Below the pieces are notes generated by a model. It did no database searches. It was not told the DNA's origin and was given only the letters and a program-made list of their open reading frames with translations. From assembly GCA_963770565.1 (NCBI GenBank), contig CAVYQE010000001.1, positions 1,408,001-1,472,000 of the forward strand: a stretch of 64,000 bases of DNA, given 5' to 3'. Shown here piece after piece: positions 1-11,134 of the stretch. The translations under genes and the position numbers were made by a program. This DNA comes from an uncultured Actinomycetota bacterium. Its GTDB lineage: Bacteria > Actinomycetota > Actinomycetes > JAFAQI01. The first letter of the stretch is position 1. Every line of letters starts with the position of its first letter.

Positions 1-331
1 CAAGACCGACGAGGTGCTCGAGCAGGTCGGAGCGCTCGGTGAGTTCGCCGAGCGGGTCAGCGGGCCGGTGCGGCGCCGCGACCTGCTCGGCCCGACCGTG
101 AGCCGGGTGCTCGACGCGGTGCCGGTGATGAAGCGGGCGCCGGTGCCGCGGATCGCGCTCACGGCCGGCATGGCCGTCGATGCGGTCGCGGCCGCGCTCG
201 CGGCGTTGGCCGTGCAGGGCTTGGTCGAGGCCGAGGGCGAGGAGTGGGGGATGACGACCCTCGGCCGGCGCGAGCGGCGCGCCGACTCGACCCCGGATGC
301 CGGCGCCGAGCTTCCCCTCGGGTGGTGGTGA
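1..331 (+). CDS. dprA: DNA-processing protein DprA, C-terminal part (truncated by window edge)
   Basis: Winged-helix-like C-terminus (EVLEQVG...RVLDAVP...LAALAVQGLVE...W); position directly upstream of xerC matches the usual actinobacterial dprA-xerC order. Confidence 0.7.
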   Translation, partial: KTDEVLEQVGALGEFAERVSGPVRRRDLLGPTVSRVLDAVPVMKRAPVPRIALTAGMAVDAVAAALAALAVQGLVEAEGEEWGMTTLGRRERRADSTPDAGAELPLGWW

Positions 332-367
332 ACCGGGTGATCATCGCGACCAGGCCCGCGTGGTGGC

Positions 368-1327
368 TTGACGCATGCTCGCGGCGACCGCAGCGTGGTC
401 CGTGTGGATTCGACGGCCGCGGACCTCCCTCCCGGCTTTGCGTCGGTCCAGGAGCGCTATCTCGACCACCTCACCTTCGAGCGCGGTCTCAGCGAGCACA
501 CCGTGCGGGCGTATGCCGGCGACGTCGCGAGCCTGCTCGACCACGCGGTCCGGATGCGGTGCGAGGATCCGTCCGACCTCACGATCGGGATCCTGCGGTC
601 GTGGCTGGCCAGGCTCCACACCGCGGGGGCGAGCCGGGCCACGCTGGCGCGCCGGGCCGCGGCCGCCCGCGGGTTCACCGCCTGGGCCGCCCGCGACGGT
701 CTGCTCGCGGCCGACCCGGGTGTCCTGCTGGCCTCGCCGAAGGGCCGGCGCCCACTTCCCGAGGTCCTGCGGATCGACGAGGCGGCGCAGGTCATGAAGG
801 CCGCGGCCGACGACACCAGCCCGCGCGGGTTGCGCAACGCGGCGATCGTGGAGCTGCTGTACGCGACCGGAGCCCGGGTCAGCGAGCTGTGCGGGCTCGA
901 TGTCGACGACCTCGACGACGCTCGGCGTACCGTCCGGCTGCTCGGCAAGGGGGCCAAGGAGCGCACCGTCCCGGTCGGCGAGCCGGCCGCAGCGGCGGTC
1001 GCCGCCTGGCTGAGCCGGGGCCGGCCACGCTTCGCCACGCTCGACAGCGGGGCCGCCCTGCTGCTCGGCGCCCGCGGGGGCCGGCTCGGCCCGCGGACCG
1101 CCCGGCAGGTGGTCCACGACCGGCTCAGGGCGGTGCCAGGGGTGGCGGATCTCGGCCCGCACGGGCTGCGGCACACCGCCGCAACACACCTGCTGGAGGG
1201 TGGAGCTGACCTGAGGAGCGTCCAGGAACTGCTCGGTCACGCTACCCTCGCTACAACGCAGATCTATACACATGTGTCCATCGAGCGACTGAGGGCAACG
1301 TATGAGCGGGCGCACCCCAGAGCGTGA
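368..1327 (+). CDS. xerC: Tyrosine recombinase XerC (true start may be GTG 404)
   Basis: Motifs [30 protein letters not shown] and AHPRA terminus. Confidence 0.92.
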   Translation: MTHARGDRSVVRVDSTAADLPPGFASVQERYLDHLTFERGLSEHTVRAYAGDVASLLDHAVRMRCEDPSDLTIGILRSWLARLHTAGASRATLARRAAAARGFTAWAARDGLLAADPGVLLASPKGRRPLPEVLRIDEAAQVMKAAADDTSPRGLRNAAIVELLYATGARVSELCGLDVDDLDDARRTVRLLGKGAKERTVPVGEPAAAAVAAWLSRGRPRFATLDSGAALLLGARGGRLGPRTARQVVHDRLRAVPGVADLGPHGLRHTAATHLLEGGADLRSVQELLGHATLATTQIYTHVSIERLRATYERAHPRA

Positions 1328-1331
1328 TCAA

Positions 1332-2139
1332 GTGACGCTCGAGCCCGACGACGCCGAAGCCAGATCCGGCCGCGGTCGATGCGGCGATCGCCGAGCTGTG
1401 GCGGGAGTACAAAACCACCGAGGAACCGCACCTGCGCGAGCGGCTGATCCTGCACTACTCCCCGCTGGTGAAGTACGTCGCCGGCCGAGTCGGCGTCGGC
1501 CTGCCGCCGAACATCGAGCAGGCCGATCTGGTCTCCTACGGCATCTTCGGCCTGATCGACGCGATCCAGAAGTTCGACATCGAACGAGCGATCAAGTTCG
1601 AGACGTACGCGATCAGCCGGATCAAGGGCGCGATCATCGACGAGCTCCGGGCCATCGACTGGATCCCGCGTTCGGTGCGTTACAAGGCGCGCGAGGTGGA
1701 GAAGGCGTACGCCGCGCTCGAGTCGCGGCTGCACCGCACCCCCAACGAGGCCGAGGTCGCCGAAGAGCTGGGGATCAAGCTCGAGGACCTGCATTCGATC
1801 TTCTCCCAGGTCTCCTTCGTCAACGTGATCGCGCTCGACGAGCTGCTCAATGTCGGTGGCGAGCGCGGCGACAAGCTGTCCCTGGTCGACACCCTCGAGG
1901 ACACCAAGGCCGAGGACCCGGTCGCGGCGTTCGAGACCGAGGAGACGAAGTACCTGCTCGCGCGGGCGATCAACACGCTGCCGGAGCGGGAGAAGATCGT
2001 GGTGACCCTCTACTACTACGAGGGCCTCACCCTCGCCGAGATCGGCCAGGTCCTCGGTGTCACCGAGAGCCGGATCTGCCAGATGCACACCAAGGCGGTC
2101 CTCCAGCTGCGCGGCAAGCTCGCCGACCAGAAGGATTGA
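1332..2139 (+). CDS. whiG: FliA/WhiG-family sigma factor; the N-terminus (GTG 1332) appears frameshifted near 1362
   Basis: [60 protein letters not shown]; in-frame homology extends upstream of ORF start 1468 to about 1363. Confidence 0.85.
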
Positions 2140-2639
2140 TCCGCCGGCTCGGCCCCACCGAGTGGGAGCTGCTTCGCGACGTGCGGCTCGCCTCGCTGGC
2201 TGACTCACCCGGAGCGTTTGCCTCGACCCACGCGCGGGAGGCCGGCTTCGACGAGGCGACCTGGCGCGAGCGAGTGGCGGGCAACGCGTGGTTCGTGGGG
2301 TCCGGCCACGAGCCCGGACCGGAGCTCGTCACAGGCGTCGTGGCCGGCCGGCACGATCCGAGCTCGCCGGCGTACCAGCATCATCTGATCGCGATGTGGG
2401 TAGCCCCACCGGCCCGCGGCACCGGCCTGGCCACGGAACTGGTCGAGGCAGTCGCCCGATGGGCGCGCGAGGACGGTGCCACCGAGCTCACCCTCGGAGT
2501 CACCGCGGGCAACCATCGCGCCTGCGCGCTCTACCTCAAGTGCGGCTTCGTCGCGACCGGTGAGACGTTCCTGCTCAGCGGCGACGCAACCAGGCCGTAC
2601 GACCTGTTCTCCCGCTCGCTGCCCCCGTCGGCCGACTAG
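2136..2639 (+). CDS. GNAT-family N-acetyltransferase
   Basis: TTG start overlaps the sigma-factor stop; [38 protein letters not shown]. Confidence 0.85.
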   Translation: MIRRLGPTEWELLRDVRLASLADSPGAFASTHAREAGFDEATWRERVAGNAWFVGSGHEPGPELVTGVVAGRHDPSSPAYQHHLIAMWVAPPARGTGLATELVEAVARWAREDGATELTLGVTAGNHRACALYLKCGFVATGETFLLSGDATRPYDLFSRSLPPSAD

Positions 2640-3127
2640 TCGAGCGGGAGCAGGCGGACCTGTTCGAGACCGAGCAGGGCGAGCGGGTCGAGGTAGTCGC
2701 TGCCGCGCAGCAGGCCCCAGTGCAGGCAGGCCGCCGGCAAACAGTGCGACCCGGCCAGCGTCAGCCGCCCCAGCACGGCGCCGGCCGCCACCTGCTGGCC
2801 GCGGTGGACTCGGACCGTCAGTGGCTCGTACGTCGTGCGCAGCGGGCCGGACGTGACGCTCACGACACCGACCCCGGCGATCACCCCGGCGAAGCTGACC
2901 TCGCCGGCGCCGGCCGCCCGCACCCGCTCGCCGGCCTGGCCGGCGAGGTCGACGCCCCGGTTGCCCGCCAGCCACGGTCGCGGCGGCGGGTCGAAGTCGC
3001 GGACCACCCGGTCCGGCCCCGGCCGCAGCGGCCACTGCCAGCCCGGAATGGCCGGCGTACCGGGCGCCCCGAAGGGCGTCGCGAAGGCGAAGCCGAGCGC
3101 AACCACCAACAGCCATCGAGCCCCCAT
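2636..3127 (-). CDS. Secreted M23-family peptidase-like protein
   Basis: Signal peptide, WQWPL...FDPP..PWLAGNRGVDL, CLHWG; divergent from rpsB as is common in actinobacteria. The first Zn ligand His of HxGxD reads N here. Confidence 0.75.
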   Translation of the reverse strand: MGARWLLVVALGFAFATPFGAPGTPAIPGWQWPLRPGPDRVVRDFDPPPRPWLAGNRGVDLAGQAGERVRAAGAGEVSFAGVIAGVGVVSVTSGPLRTTYEPLTVRVHRGQQVAAGAVLGRLTLAGSHCLPAACLHWGLLRGSDYLDPLALLGLEQVRLLPLD

Positions 3128-3186
3128 CTCCGCACCTCCGAGCCGATCATGAGCGCGGCGGAAGCGGTTCGGGCCCGGCCGGAGCA

Positions 3187-3222
3187 GGCTGTGGACGGCC
3201 CGCCCGGCTGTGGACGTAGACT
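3187..3222 (+). promoter_or_regulatory. Putative rpsB promoter: GGCTGTGGACG direct repeat x2 abutting a -10 TAGACT
   Basis: Repeats at 3187-3197 and 3206-3216; TAGACT at 3217-3222; followed by a GC-rich ~165 nt leader. Confidence 0.45.
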
Positions 3223-3387
3223 GGCGCCAGCGATCCGCGCGAGCGGGTCGACTTCGCACGCCACCAGACCGCCCGGATCCTCACTCGGACGGGGCGCGCC
3301 GATCGGTCCCCAGCGGGGTCCGGCGCGCCGGCGGCGTCAGGCGCGATGGCCGACCGGCCGCCGCGGAAAACCGGGAGGAGCACATCC

Positions 3388-4248
3388 ATGGCCGTCGTCA
3401 CGATGCGCCAGCTGCTCGAGAGCGGCGTCCACTTCGGGCATCAGACCCGCCGGTGGAACCCGAAGATGAAGCGTTTCATCTTCACCGAGCGCAACGGCAT
3501 CTACATCATCGACCTGCAGCAGTCGCTGACCTACATCGACCGCGCGTACGACTTCGTCAAGGAGACCGTCGCGCACGGCGGCTCGATCCTGTTCATCGGA
3601 ACGAAGAAGCAGGGCCAGGACGCGATCGCGGAGCAGGCCACCCGGGTGGGCATGCCGTTCGTCAACCAGCGCTGGCTCGGCGGGATGCTGACTAACTTCT
3701 CGACCGTGCACAAGCGCCTGCAGCGGCTCAAGGAGCTCGAGGTCATCGAGTCCACCGGTGGTTCGACCGTCACCACCAAGAAGGAAGCGCTGATGATGTC
3801 GCGCGAGCGCGAGAAGCTCGCCCGCACCCTCGGCGGCATCCGCGACATGAGCAAGCTGCCGAGCGCGGTCTGGATCGTCGACACCAACAAGGAGCACATC
3901 GCGGTCGCCGAGGCGCGCAAGCTCAAGATCCCGGTCGTCGCGATCCTTGACAGCAACTGCGATCCGGACCTGGTCGACTATCCGATTCCGGGCAACGACG
4001 ACGCGATCCGGTCGGTCGCGACCCTGACCCGGGTGGTCGCCGACGCGGTCGCCGAAGGGTTGATCGCGCGCGCCGCTGCCGCCGCCGGTGACGACAAGCC
4101 GGAGCCGGGTGCGCTCGGCGCGGACGAGCCGCTCGCCGACTGGGAGCGCGAGCTCCTGCAGGGCGAGCAGGTCCTGGCCGCGGACACCGTGGTCGCGATC
4201 GACCTCACCCCGGCCCCGGAAACGGCGGAGCCAACCCCAGAGGCCTGA
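3388..4248 (+). CDS. rpsB: 30S ribosomal protein S2
   Basis: [27 protein letters not shown]; SD GGAGGAG upstream. Confidence 0.98.
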   Translation: MAVVTMRQLLESGVHFGHQTRRWNPKMKRFIFTERNGIYIIDLQQSLTYIDRAYDFVKETVAHGGSILFIGTKKQGQDAIAEQATRVGMPFVNQRWLGGMLTNFSTVHKRLQRLKELEVIESTGGSTVTTKKEALMMSREREKLARTLGGIRDMSKLPSAVWIVDTNKEHIAVAEARKLKIPVVAILDSNCDPDLVDYPIPGNDDAIRSVATLTRVVADAVAEGLIARAAAAAGDDKPEPGALGADEPLADWERELLQGEQVLAADTVVAIDLTPAPETAEPTPEA

Positions 4249-4289
4249 GGCCTCATCACGACGTACGACGAGGAAGAGAGAGCACCGAG

Positions 4290-5106
4290 ATGGCGGTCAG
4301 CGCTGCTGACGTGAAGAAGCTCCGCGACCTGACCGGCGCGGGGATGATGGACTGCAAGCGCGCCCTCGAGGAAGCCGACGGCGACTTCGACAAGGCGATC
4401 GAGATCCTGCGGGTCAAGCAGGGCGCCAAGGTTGCCAAGCGGGGCTCGGAGCGCGAGGCGACGAACGGCCTCGTGGTAGCCGCCGAGGGCGCGATGATCG
4501 CTCTCAACAGCGAGACCGACTTCGTGGCCAAGAACGAGGAGTTCCAGACCCTCGCCGCCGACATCGTCGCGCTCGCTGCCCAGACCCGGTCGGGCGATGT
4601 CGAGACGCTGTCAGCGGCCACGCTGTCCGACGGCCGGACGGTGGCGACCGCGATCGAGCAGACCGCTGCAGCGATCGGCGAGAAGCTCGAGCTCGGTCAG
4701 GTCGCGGTCTTCGACGGCAAGACGACCACCTACCTGCACCGGCGCGCGACCGACCTGCCTCCGCAGATCGGCGTCCTCGTGCAGTTCGAGGGTGACGACG
4801 CGGAGACCGCCCGCGGCGTGGCGATGCAGGTGGCGACCTTCAACCCGCCGTACCTGCGCGCGGGACGACGTGCCGGCCGACCTGGTCGAGTCCGAGCGGC
4901 GGATCGCCGAGGACAAGGCCCGGCACGAGGGCAAGCCGGAGCAGGCGCTACCCAAGATCATCGAGGGCATGCTCAACGGCTTCTACAAGGACAAGGTGCT
5001 GCTCGAGCAGGCCTACGTCCGCGACAACAAGCAGACCGTGCAGAAGGTGCTCGACGACGCCGGTGTCACGGTCACAAAGTTCGTGCGTTTCGCCGTGGGT
5101 GGGTAA
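4290..5106 (+). CDS. tsf: Elongation factor Ts, with a +1 frameshift near 4856-4860
   Basis: [24 protein letters not shown]; the C-terminal RDDVPAD...[13 protein letters not shown]...FVRFAVG lies in a different frame. Confidence 0.93.
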
Positions 5107-5116
5107 GACTCGACCC

Positions 5117-5866
5117 ATGGACTATGCCCCGGCGCAATGGAACCGCGTCCTGCTGAAGCTCGGCGGCGAGATGTTCGGCGGCGGCGAGGTGGGCGTCGAC
5201 CCTGATGTCGTCCAGGATGTCGCGGCACAGATCGCCGATGTCGTGGCCACCGGGGTCCAGGTCGCCGTCGTGATCGGCGGCGGCAACTTCTTCCGCGGCC
5301 AGGAACTCTCCGAGCGCGGCATGGACCGCGGCCGCGCGGACTACATGGGCATGCTCGGCACGGTGATGAACTGCCTCGCGCTGCAGGACTTCCTGGAGAA
5401 GCAGGGCGTCGAGACCCGGGTGCAGACCGCGATCACGATGGGTCAGGTCGCCGAGCCCTACATCCCGCGCCGGGCGATCCGGCACCTCGAGAAGGGCCGG
5501 GTCGTGATCTTCGGCGCCGGGCTCGGTGCGCCGTTCTTCTCGACCGACACCTGCGGGGCACAGCGCGCGCTCGAGATCGGTGCCGAGGTCCTGCTGATGG
5601 CGAAGGCGGTCGACGGCGTGTACGACGCGGACCCCCGCGAGCATCCCGACGCACACCGCTACGAGCGGATCAGCTACGCCGACGTGCTGGCCAAGGGGTT
5701 GAAGGTCGCCGATCTCACCGCGTTCACGCTCTGCATGGACAACGGGCTGCCGATCGTGGTCTTCGACCTGCTCGTTCATGGCAATATCGGGCGAGCGGTT
5801 CGTGGCGAGAGCATCGGGACGCTGGTGAGCAGCACCGCCGCAGCCGGGGATGGAGCGAACGCGTGA
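5117..5866 (+). CDS. pyrH: UMP kinase
   Basis: [35 protein letters not shown]. Confidence 0.97.
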   Translation: MDYAPAQWNRVLLKLGGEMFGGGEVGVDPDVVQDVAAQIADVVATGVQVAVVIGGGNFFRGQELSERGMDRGRADYMGMLGTVMNCLALQDFLEKQGVETRVQTAITMGQVAEPYIPRRAIRHLEKGRVVIFGAGLGAPFFSTDTCGAQRALEIGAEVLLMAKAVDGVYDADPREHPDAHRYERISYADVLAKGLKVADLTAFTLCMDNGLPIVVFDLLVHGNIGRAVRGESIGTLVSSTAAAGDGANA

Positions 5867-6420
5867 TCGACGAGACGTTGTTCGAGGCCGAGGAGAAGAT
5901 GGACAAGGCGGTCGGCGTGCTGCGCGACGACCTGGCCTCGATCCGGACCGGGCGCGCGACACCGCAGATGTTCGCCAAGATCGTCGTCGACTACTACGGC
6001 GCCATGACTCCGGTGAACCAGCTCGCGACACTCACCGTCCCCGAACCTCGGATGGCGGTCCTCTCGCCGTACGACAAGTCCTCGTTGAACGCGATCGAGA
6101 AGGCGATCCGCGACAGCGACCTCGGGGTGAACCCCACCAGTGACGGCACGATCATCCGGGTCAGCTTCCCGCAGCTGACCGAGGAGCGGCGGCGTGACCT
6201 GATCAAGGTCGCGCGCGCGAAGGCCGAGGACGGGCGGATCGCGATCCGCAACGTCCGCCGGCACGCCAAGGAGGCCCTCGACAAGCTGGCCAAGGACGGC
6301 GAGACCGGCAAGGACGACGTCGAGCGGGCCGAGAAGGAGCTCGAGAAGACGACCCATCGCTACGTCGAGTCGGTCGACGAGGCCCTGGCGTCCAAGGAAT
6401 CCGAACTGCTCGAGGTCTGA
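5863..6420 (+). CDS. frr: Ribosome recycling factor
   Basis: [31 protein letters not shown]. Confidence 0.97.
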   Translation: MIDETLFEAEEKMDKAVGVLRDDLASIRTGRATPQMFAKIVVDYYGAMTPVNQLATLTVPEPRMAVLSPYDKSSLNAIEKAIRDSDLGVNPTSDGTIIRVSFPQLTEERRRDLIKVARAKAEDGRIAIRNVRRHAKEALDKLAKDGETGKDDVERAEKELEKTTHRYVESVDEALASKESELLEV

Positions 6421-6427
6421 GAGCCCG

Positions 6428-7291
6428 GTGGTCGAGGTGAGCGAGCGACCAGCGGCGCCGGCGGACCCGGGCGGGAGCTCCGGCCGGGCCGGGCGCAACC
6501 TTCCGGTCGCCCTAGCGATCGGCCTGGCGATGGGCGCGATCGTGCTCGTCACCCTCTACACCGCGAAGCCGGTCTTCCTGGCCGTCGTCGTGCTGGCCAT
6601 CGTGGTCGGTGTCCACGAGTTCAGCCGGGCGCTCGCCAGCAAGGCCATCAACGCGCCGTTCATCCCGCTCGCGCTCGGGTCGACCGCGATCCTGTGTACG
6701 TCGTACGCGGTCGGGCGCCATGCGATGACCGCGGCGATGCTGTTCACGATCCCGCTGCTGGTCGCCTGGCGGGTCGTGCAGGGCAGTGACGGGTTGGTCG
6801 CGGATCTGTCCGCCTCGCTGCTGGTGTTGCTGTATCTCGGCTTCCTGGCCGGCTTCTGCGGCCTGATGCTGGCCGGGCACGACGGCGACCGGCGGGTCAC
6901 CTGCTTCGTCGCGACCGTCGTTGCGAGCGACAGCGGCGGCTACGCCACCGGGGTGCTGTTCGGCCGACATCTGCTGGCGCCACGAATCAGCCCGAAGAAG
7001 TCCTGGGAGGGCCTGATCGGCTCGACCATCATGTGCGCCTCGGTCGGGGTGATCCTGTGCACGTCGCTGCTGCACACGCAGTGGTGGCAGGGCGTGGTCT
7101 TCGGCGTGGCCGTCATGACGTCGGCGACGCTGGGCGACCTCGGCGAGTCGATGGTCAAGCGCGACCTCGGGGTCAAGGACATGGGCAACCTGCTGCCCGG
7201 GCACGGCGGCATCCTCGACCGGCTCGACTCGCTGCTGCCGACCGCGCCGGTCGCGTGGGCATTGCTCGCCGCCTTCGTGCCGGTCCATTGA
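6428..7291 (+). CDS. cdsA: Phosphatidate cytidylyltransferase
   Basis: Hydrophobic; [41 protein letters not shown]. Confidence 0.95.
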   Translation: MVEVSERPAAPADPGGSSGRAGRNLPVALAIGLAMGAIVLVTLYTAKPVFLAVVVLAIVVGVHEFSRALASKAINAPFIPLALGSTAILCTSYAVGRHAMTAAMLFTIPLLVAWRVVQGSDGLVADLSASLLVLLYLGFLAGFCGLMLAGHDGDRRVTCFVATVVASDSGGYATGVLFGRHLLAPRISPKKSWEGLIGSTIMCASVGVILCTSLLHTQWWQGVVFGVAVMTSATLGDLGESMVKRDLGVKDMGNLLPGHGGILDRLDSLLPTAPVAWALLAAFVPVH

Positions 7292-8355
7292 GCCAGCCGC
7301 TGGTCTTCGACGCGCCGCGGCGCGGGAAGCCGCCGCGTCACCTCGCCGATCTCGACCTGGCCGAGCGGCGGGCGGCCCTCGAGGCGTACGGCGAGCCGGC
7401 GTACCGCGCCGATCAGCTCTCCCGGCACTACTTCGGCCGCACCGTGACGGACCCGGCTGAGATGACCGACCTGCCGGCGCAGTCCCGGGGCCGAATCGTC
7501 GAGGCGCTCATGCCCGCGTTGCTCACCGCGGTCCGGACCCAGGAGTGCGATCGCGGCGAGACCCGCAAGACGCTGTGGCGGCTGCACGATGGTGCGCTGG
7601 TCGAGAGCGTCTTCATGCGCTACCCGAACCGGGTCACGATGTGCGTGTCGTCGCAGGCCGGCTGCGGGATGGCCTGTCCGTTCTGCGCGACCGGCCAGGC
7701 CGGGCTGCTCCGCAATCTCTCGACCGCCGAGATCGTCGAACAGGTCGTGCGCGGCGGTCGCGGGGAAGTCGACAACATCGTCTTCATGGGGATGGGCGAG
7801 CCGCTGGCCAACTACAACGCCCTGCTGCGCGCCGTGCGCCGGATCACCGACCCGCCGCCGGCGGGTCTCGGCATCGGCCAGCGCCACGTCGTGGTCTCGA
7901 CCGTCGGCCTGGTACCGGCGATCGAACGGCTGACCGGCGAAGGGCTCCAGGTCACCCTCGCGGTGTCGCTGCATGCACCGGACGATGCGTTGCGCGACAC
8001 GCTGGTGCCGGTCAACACCCGCTGGCCGGTCCGCGAGGTGCTCGGCGCGGCCTGGCGGTACGCCGACGTGACCGGTCGGCGGATCTCGATCGAGTACGCA
8101 CTGATCCGCGACATCAACGACCAGCCGCGTCGGGCCGAGCAGCTCGCGCGGCTGCTCAAGGGCAAGCTGGTGCACGTCAACCTGATCCCGCTCAACCCGA
8201 CCCCCGGCTCGGTGTGGACGGCGTCGACCCTGGAGCGGGAGCAGGAGTTCGTGAACCTGCTGCGATCCGCAGGGGTCGCGACTACCGTTCGGGATACGCG
8301 CGGCCGCGAGATCGACGGGGCTTGCGGTCAGCTCGCGGCGCAGGAGGGAAGCTGA
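7288..8355 (+). CDS. rlmN: Dual-specificity RNA methyltransferase RlmN
   Basis: [15 protein letters not shown] radical-SAM motif, [14 protein letters not shown]; TTG start overlaps the cdsA stop. Confidence 0.95.
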   Translation: MSQPLVFDAPRRGKPPRHLADLDLAERRAALEAYGEPAYRADQLSRHYFGRTVTDPAEMTDLPAQSRGRIVEALMPALLTAVRTQECDRGETRKTLWRLHDGALVESVFMRYPNRVTMCVSSQAGCGMACPFCATGQAGLLRNLSTAEIVEQVVRGGRGEVDNIVFMGMGEPLANYNALLRAVRRITDPPPAGLGIGQRHVVVSTVGLVPAIERLTGEGLQVTLAVSLHAPDDALRDTLVPVNTRWPVREVLGAAWRYADVTGRRISIEYALIRDINDQPRRAEQLARLLKGKLVHVNLIPLNPTPGSVWTASTLEREQEFVNLLRSAGVATTVRDTRGREIDGACGQLAAQEGS

Positions 8356-8357
8356 TC

Positions 8358-9062
8358 ATGACGGCCAACGCCAGGGTGTTGATCGCGGTCTCAGCCGCTC
8401 TGACACTCGCCGGCTCGCTCGCGACGACGGCGTCCGCCGCGCCGTCGACGACGCCAATCGCGAGCAAGACCTTCGCCGGCTACGAGGTCACCAAGACCAA
8501 GACCCACGTCAGCTCGGTCACCACGACCTTCGCAGTCCCCACCATCACCTGCAAGAAGAGCCTGAGCGGGGTGGGGCCGTCGATCGTCGTGCAGACCACG
8601 CCCAACAAGAAGAACACCTACGCCATCGATGCGGCCGCGGTCGGAGTGGGCTGTGTGAAGGGTAAGCCGGAGTACGAGTCGATCATCGAGGTCAACAGCA
8701 CCAGCTTCAACGACTTCCCGTTCTCGGCCGGCGACAAGGTCAAGGTGACCATCACGCTGAACAAGAAGAAGACGTCGGTCACGGTCGACGACCTCACCTC
8801 GAAGACCTCGAAGACCCGCACCGGCGCCGGCCGGCTCGGTGAGTACGCCTACCTCGGCGACGAGGGCTTGGAGATCAACTCCAAGAAGACCGGGCTCGAC
8901 CCGTTCACCAAGACTTCGTTCACCGGCTCGGAGGTCAACGGCAAGTCGCTCAGCGCGGAGAAGGCGGTCGCCTACGAGGCGAAGCGCGGCAAGACCCTGC
9001 TGATCGCAGTGAGCAAGTTGAGCAAGGGCAAGGACTTCGAGCTCACCTTCGAGCACAGTTGA
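8358..9062 (+). CDS. Secreted Lys-rich protein, divergent peptidase G1 (eqolisin)-like fold
   Basis: Sec signal ending ASA; FAGY, T.TFAVP...C, C..G...Y, AGDKV, L.PF...FTG..VNG pattern resembles G1 peptidases; SD GGAGG upstream. Confidence 0.55.
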   Translation: MTANARVLIAVSAALTLAGSLATTASAAPSTTPIASKTFAGYEVTKTKTHVSSVTTTFAVPTITCKKSLSGVGPSIVVQTTPNKKNTYAIDAAAVGVGCVKGKPEYESIIEVNSTSFNDFPFSAGDKVKVTITLNKKKTSVTVDDLTSKTSKTRTGAGRLGEYAYLGDEGLEINSKKTGLDPFTKTSFTGSEVNGKSLSAEKAVAYEAKRGKTLLIAVSKLSKGKDFELTFEHS

Positions 9063-9793
9063 TCCGCTTCGGGGTCGACATCGGCGGCACCGGGGTCAAG
9101 GGCGCCCTGGTCGACATCACGACCGGTCAGCTGGTCAGCGAGCGGGTCCGGGTCCCGACGCCGCATCCGGCCACCCCGGAGTCGGTGGTGCCCGTGGTCG
9201 CCGACCTGGTGCGCCAAGCGTCGTACGACGGGCCGGTCGGGTGTGCGTTCCCGGCCGTGATCAAAGGCGGCATCGCGCAGACCGCCGCGAACATCGATCC
9301 GTCCTGGATCGGCACCTCGGTCGAGTCGACGGTCTCCGGCCAGCTCGGCGGCATCGCGGTCACCGCGATCAACGACGCAGACGCCGCCGGGCTGGCCGAG
9401 ATGCGGTTCGGGGCCGGCCGCGACGTCGCCGGTTTGGTCGTGCTGCTGACCGTCGGCACGGGTATCGGCTCTGCGGTGTTCGTCGACGGTGAGCTGTTGC
9501 CCAACACCGAGCTCGGCCACCTCGAGGTCGACGGTCACATCGCCGAACGCCGGGCGTCGGAGATCGCGCGCGAGGAGCAGCAGCTCAGTCACCGGCACTG
9601 GGCGAAGCGCTTCAACCGCTATCTCGAGGTGCTGGAAGGGCTGTTGTGGCCGGACCTGCTGATCATCGGTGGTGGGGTGAGCAAGGCGCCGGAGAAGTTC
9701 ATGCCGCTGCTCGAGTCGAGGGCAACGCTCGTGCCGGCGACACTGGCCAACACGGCCGGGATCGTCGGCGCGGCGCTGGCCAGCGTGCAGTAG
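9059..9793 (+). CDS. ppgK: Polyphosphate glucokinase (ROK family)
   Basis: [43 protein letters not shown]. Confidence 0.92.
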   Translation: MIRFGVDIGGTGVKGALVDITTGQLVSERVRVPTPHPATPESVVPVVADLVRQASYDGPVGCAFPAVIKGGIAQTAANIDPSWIGTSVESTVSGQLGGIAVTAINDADAAGLAEMRFGAGRDVAGLVVLLTVGTGIGSAVFVDGELLPNTELGHLEVDGHIAERRASEIAREEQQLSHRHWAKRFNRYLEVLEGLLWPDLLIIGGGVSKAPEKFMPLLESRATLVPATLANTAGIVGAALASVQ

Positions 9794-9796
9794 GGC

Positions 9797-11134
9797 TCAG
9801 CCGGTCAGCTTCTCGAGCAGGGCGGCCCGGCGGGCCGGCTTGCCAGACTTCGCCTCGGCACGGTCGGCCGAGGCCATCAAGGCGGTCATCCCACGCACCC
9901 CCAGCCAGCGCAGCGGCTCCGGCTCCCAGCGCCGCCAGCGGTGGCCGACCCACGGCAGATGGGTGCGGTCGGTGTCCCGCTTGAGGATGAGATCGGCCAG
10001 GGTCCGGCCGGCGAGCGCGGTGCAGGCCACTCCGTCACCGACGTAGCCGCCGGCCCAGCCGATGCCGGACTCGCGATCGAGGGTGACCGACGGCATGAAG
10101 TCGCGCGGCACGCCGATGACCCCGCCCCAGCGGTGCGTGATCCTGGCCTGGGCGACCTGGGGGAGCAGTTCGCGCAGGGTCTCCTCGAGCCCGGCGTAGG
10201 TCTCGTCGTGTCCGACCGAACCGCCGGTGCGAGAGCCGAACCGGTACGGCGCACCGCGACCGCCGAAGACGATCCGGCCGTCAGCGGTGCGCTGGGCATA
10301 GATGATCAGGTGCCGCTCGTCGTTGAGCGTCTCCCGCTGGCGCCAGCCGATCCGTTCCCAGGTTTCGGCATCGAGCGGCTCGGTGGCGATGATCAGCGAC
10401 CAGATCGGCGCGAGCAGCCGATGGGTGGCGGGGATGTCGGCGGTGTATCCCTCGGTCGCCCGGATCACGGTGTCGGCCCGCAGGGTGCCGTGCGGGGTCA
10501 CGACCCGGCCGGGATGCACCGCGGTCGCTGCAGTCCGCTCGTAGATCGTCGCGCCCTGGCGCTCGACCACCCGGGCCAGGCCCCGGACCAGGCGGCCGGG
10601 ATGGATCGCCGCACAGTGCCTGGTGAAGCTTGCGCCATCGACATCGGACGCCGCGATCCGCTCGCGCGCCGCTGCGGCATCCAGCCAGCTGCCACCGTGA
10701 CCGTCGCCGCCCGCGCGCAGCCGGGTGACCTGGGCCGGGCCGCGGGCCAGAGACAGCGTGCCGCCCTTGGCATAGTGCGCGTCGACGTCGTGGTCGCGGC
10801 ACCAGTCCCCGACGTCGTCGACGGTGCGCTGGAGGGTGGCCTCCATCCGCCGGGCCGCGTCCGCGCCGTGCTCGCGCGCGATCCGTGACCACGGCACCGG
10901 GAACAGTGCAGAGCACCAGCCGCCGTTGCGCCCGGAGGCTCCCCAGCCCGCGATCTCGCGCTCGACTACCGCAACGCGCAGGCTCGGCTCGTGCCGCAGC
11001 AGGTGGTGGGCGGTCCACAGCCCGGTGAAGCCGGCCCCGACGATCGCGACGTCGACGCCGACGTTGCCCGGCAGGGCGGGACGGGCGGTCAGGTCGTCCT
11101 CACAGGTCTCGAGCCACAGCGATGGGAGCGTCAT
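9797..11134 (-). CDS. FAD-dependent amine oxidoreductase (PuuB/DadA-like)
   Basis: SLW..., [40 protein letters not shown]. Confidence 0.85.
   Translation of the reverse strand: MTLPSLWLETCEDDLTARPALPGNVGVDVAIVGAGFTGLWTAHHLLRHEPSLRVAVVEREIAGWGASGRNGGWCSALFPVPWSRIAREHGADAARRMEATLQRTVDDVGDWCRDHDVDAHYAKGGTLSLARGPAQVTRLRAGGDGHGGSWLDAAAARERIAASDVDGASFTRHCAAIHPGRLVRGLARVVERQGATIYERTAATAVHPGRVVTPHGTLRADTVIRATEGYTADIPATHRLLAPIWSLIIATEPLDAETWERIGWRQRETLNDERHLIIYAQRTADGRIVFGGRGAPYRFGSRTGGSVGHDETYAGLEETLRELLPQVAQARITHRWGGVIGVPRDFMPSVTLDRESGIGWAGGYVGDGVACTALAGRTLADLILKRDTDRTHLPWVGHRWRRWEPEPLRWLGVRGMTALMASADRAEAKSGKPARRAALLEKLTG

Noticed and set aside
368-1327. Tyrosine recombinase as a prophage or island integrase
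   Set aside because: Sequence and dprA-xerC-rpsB context match the housekeeping XerC; no att sites or cargo.
1302-2639. 445-aa ORF that looks like an N-terminally extended GNAT
   Set aside because: The first ~280 codons are an off-frame shadow of the sigma-factor gene; the GNAT starts at TTG 2136.
4850-4865. Programmed ribosomal frameshift in tsf
   Set aside because: No slippery sequence or stimulator; three other isolated single-base indels in the window point to sequencing error.
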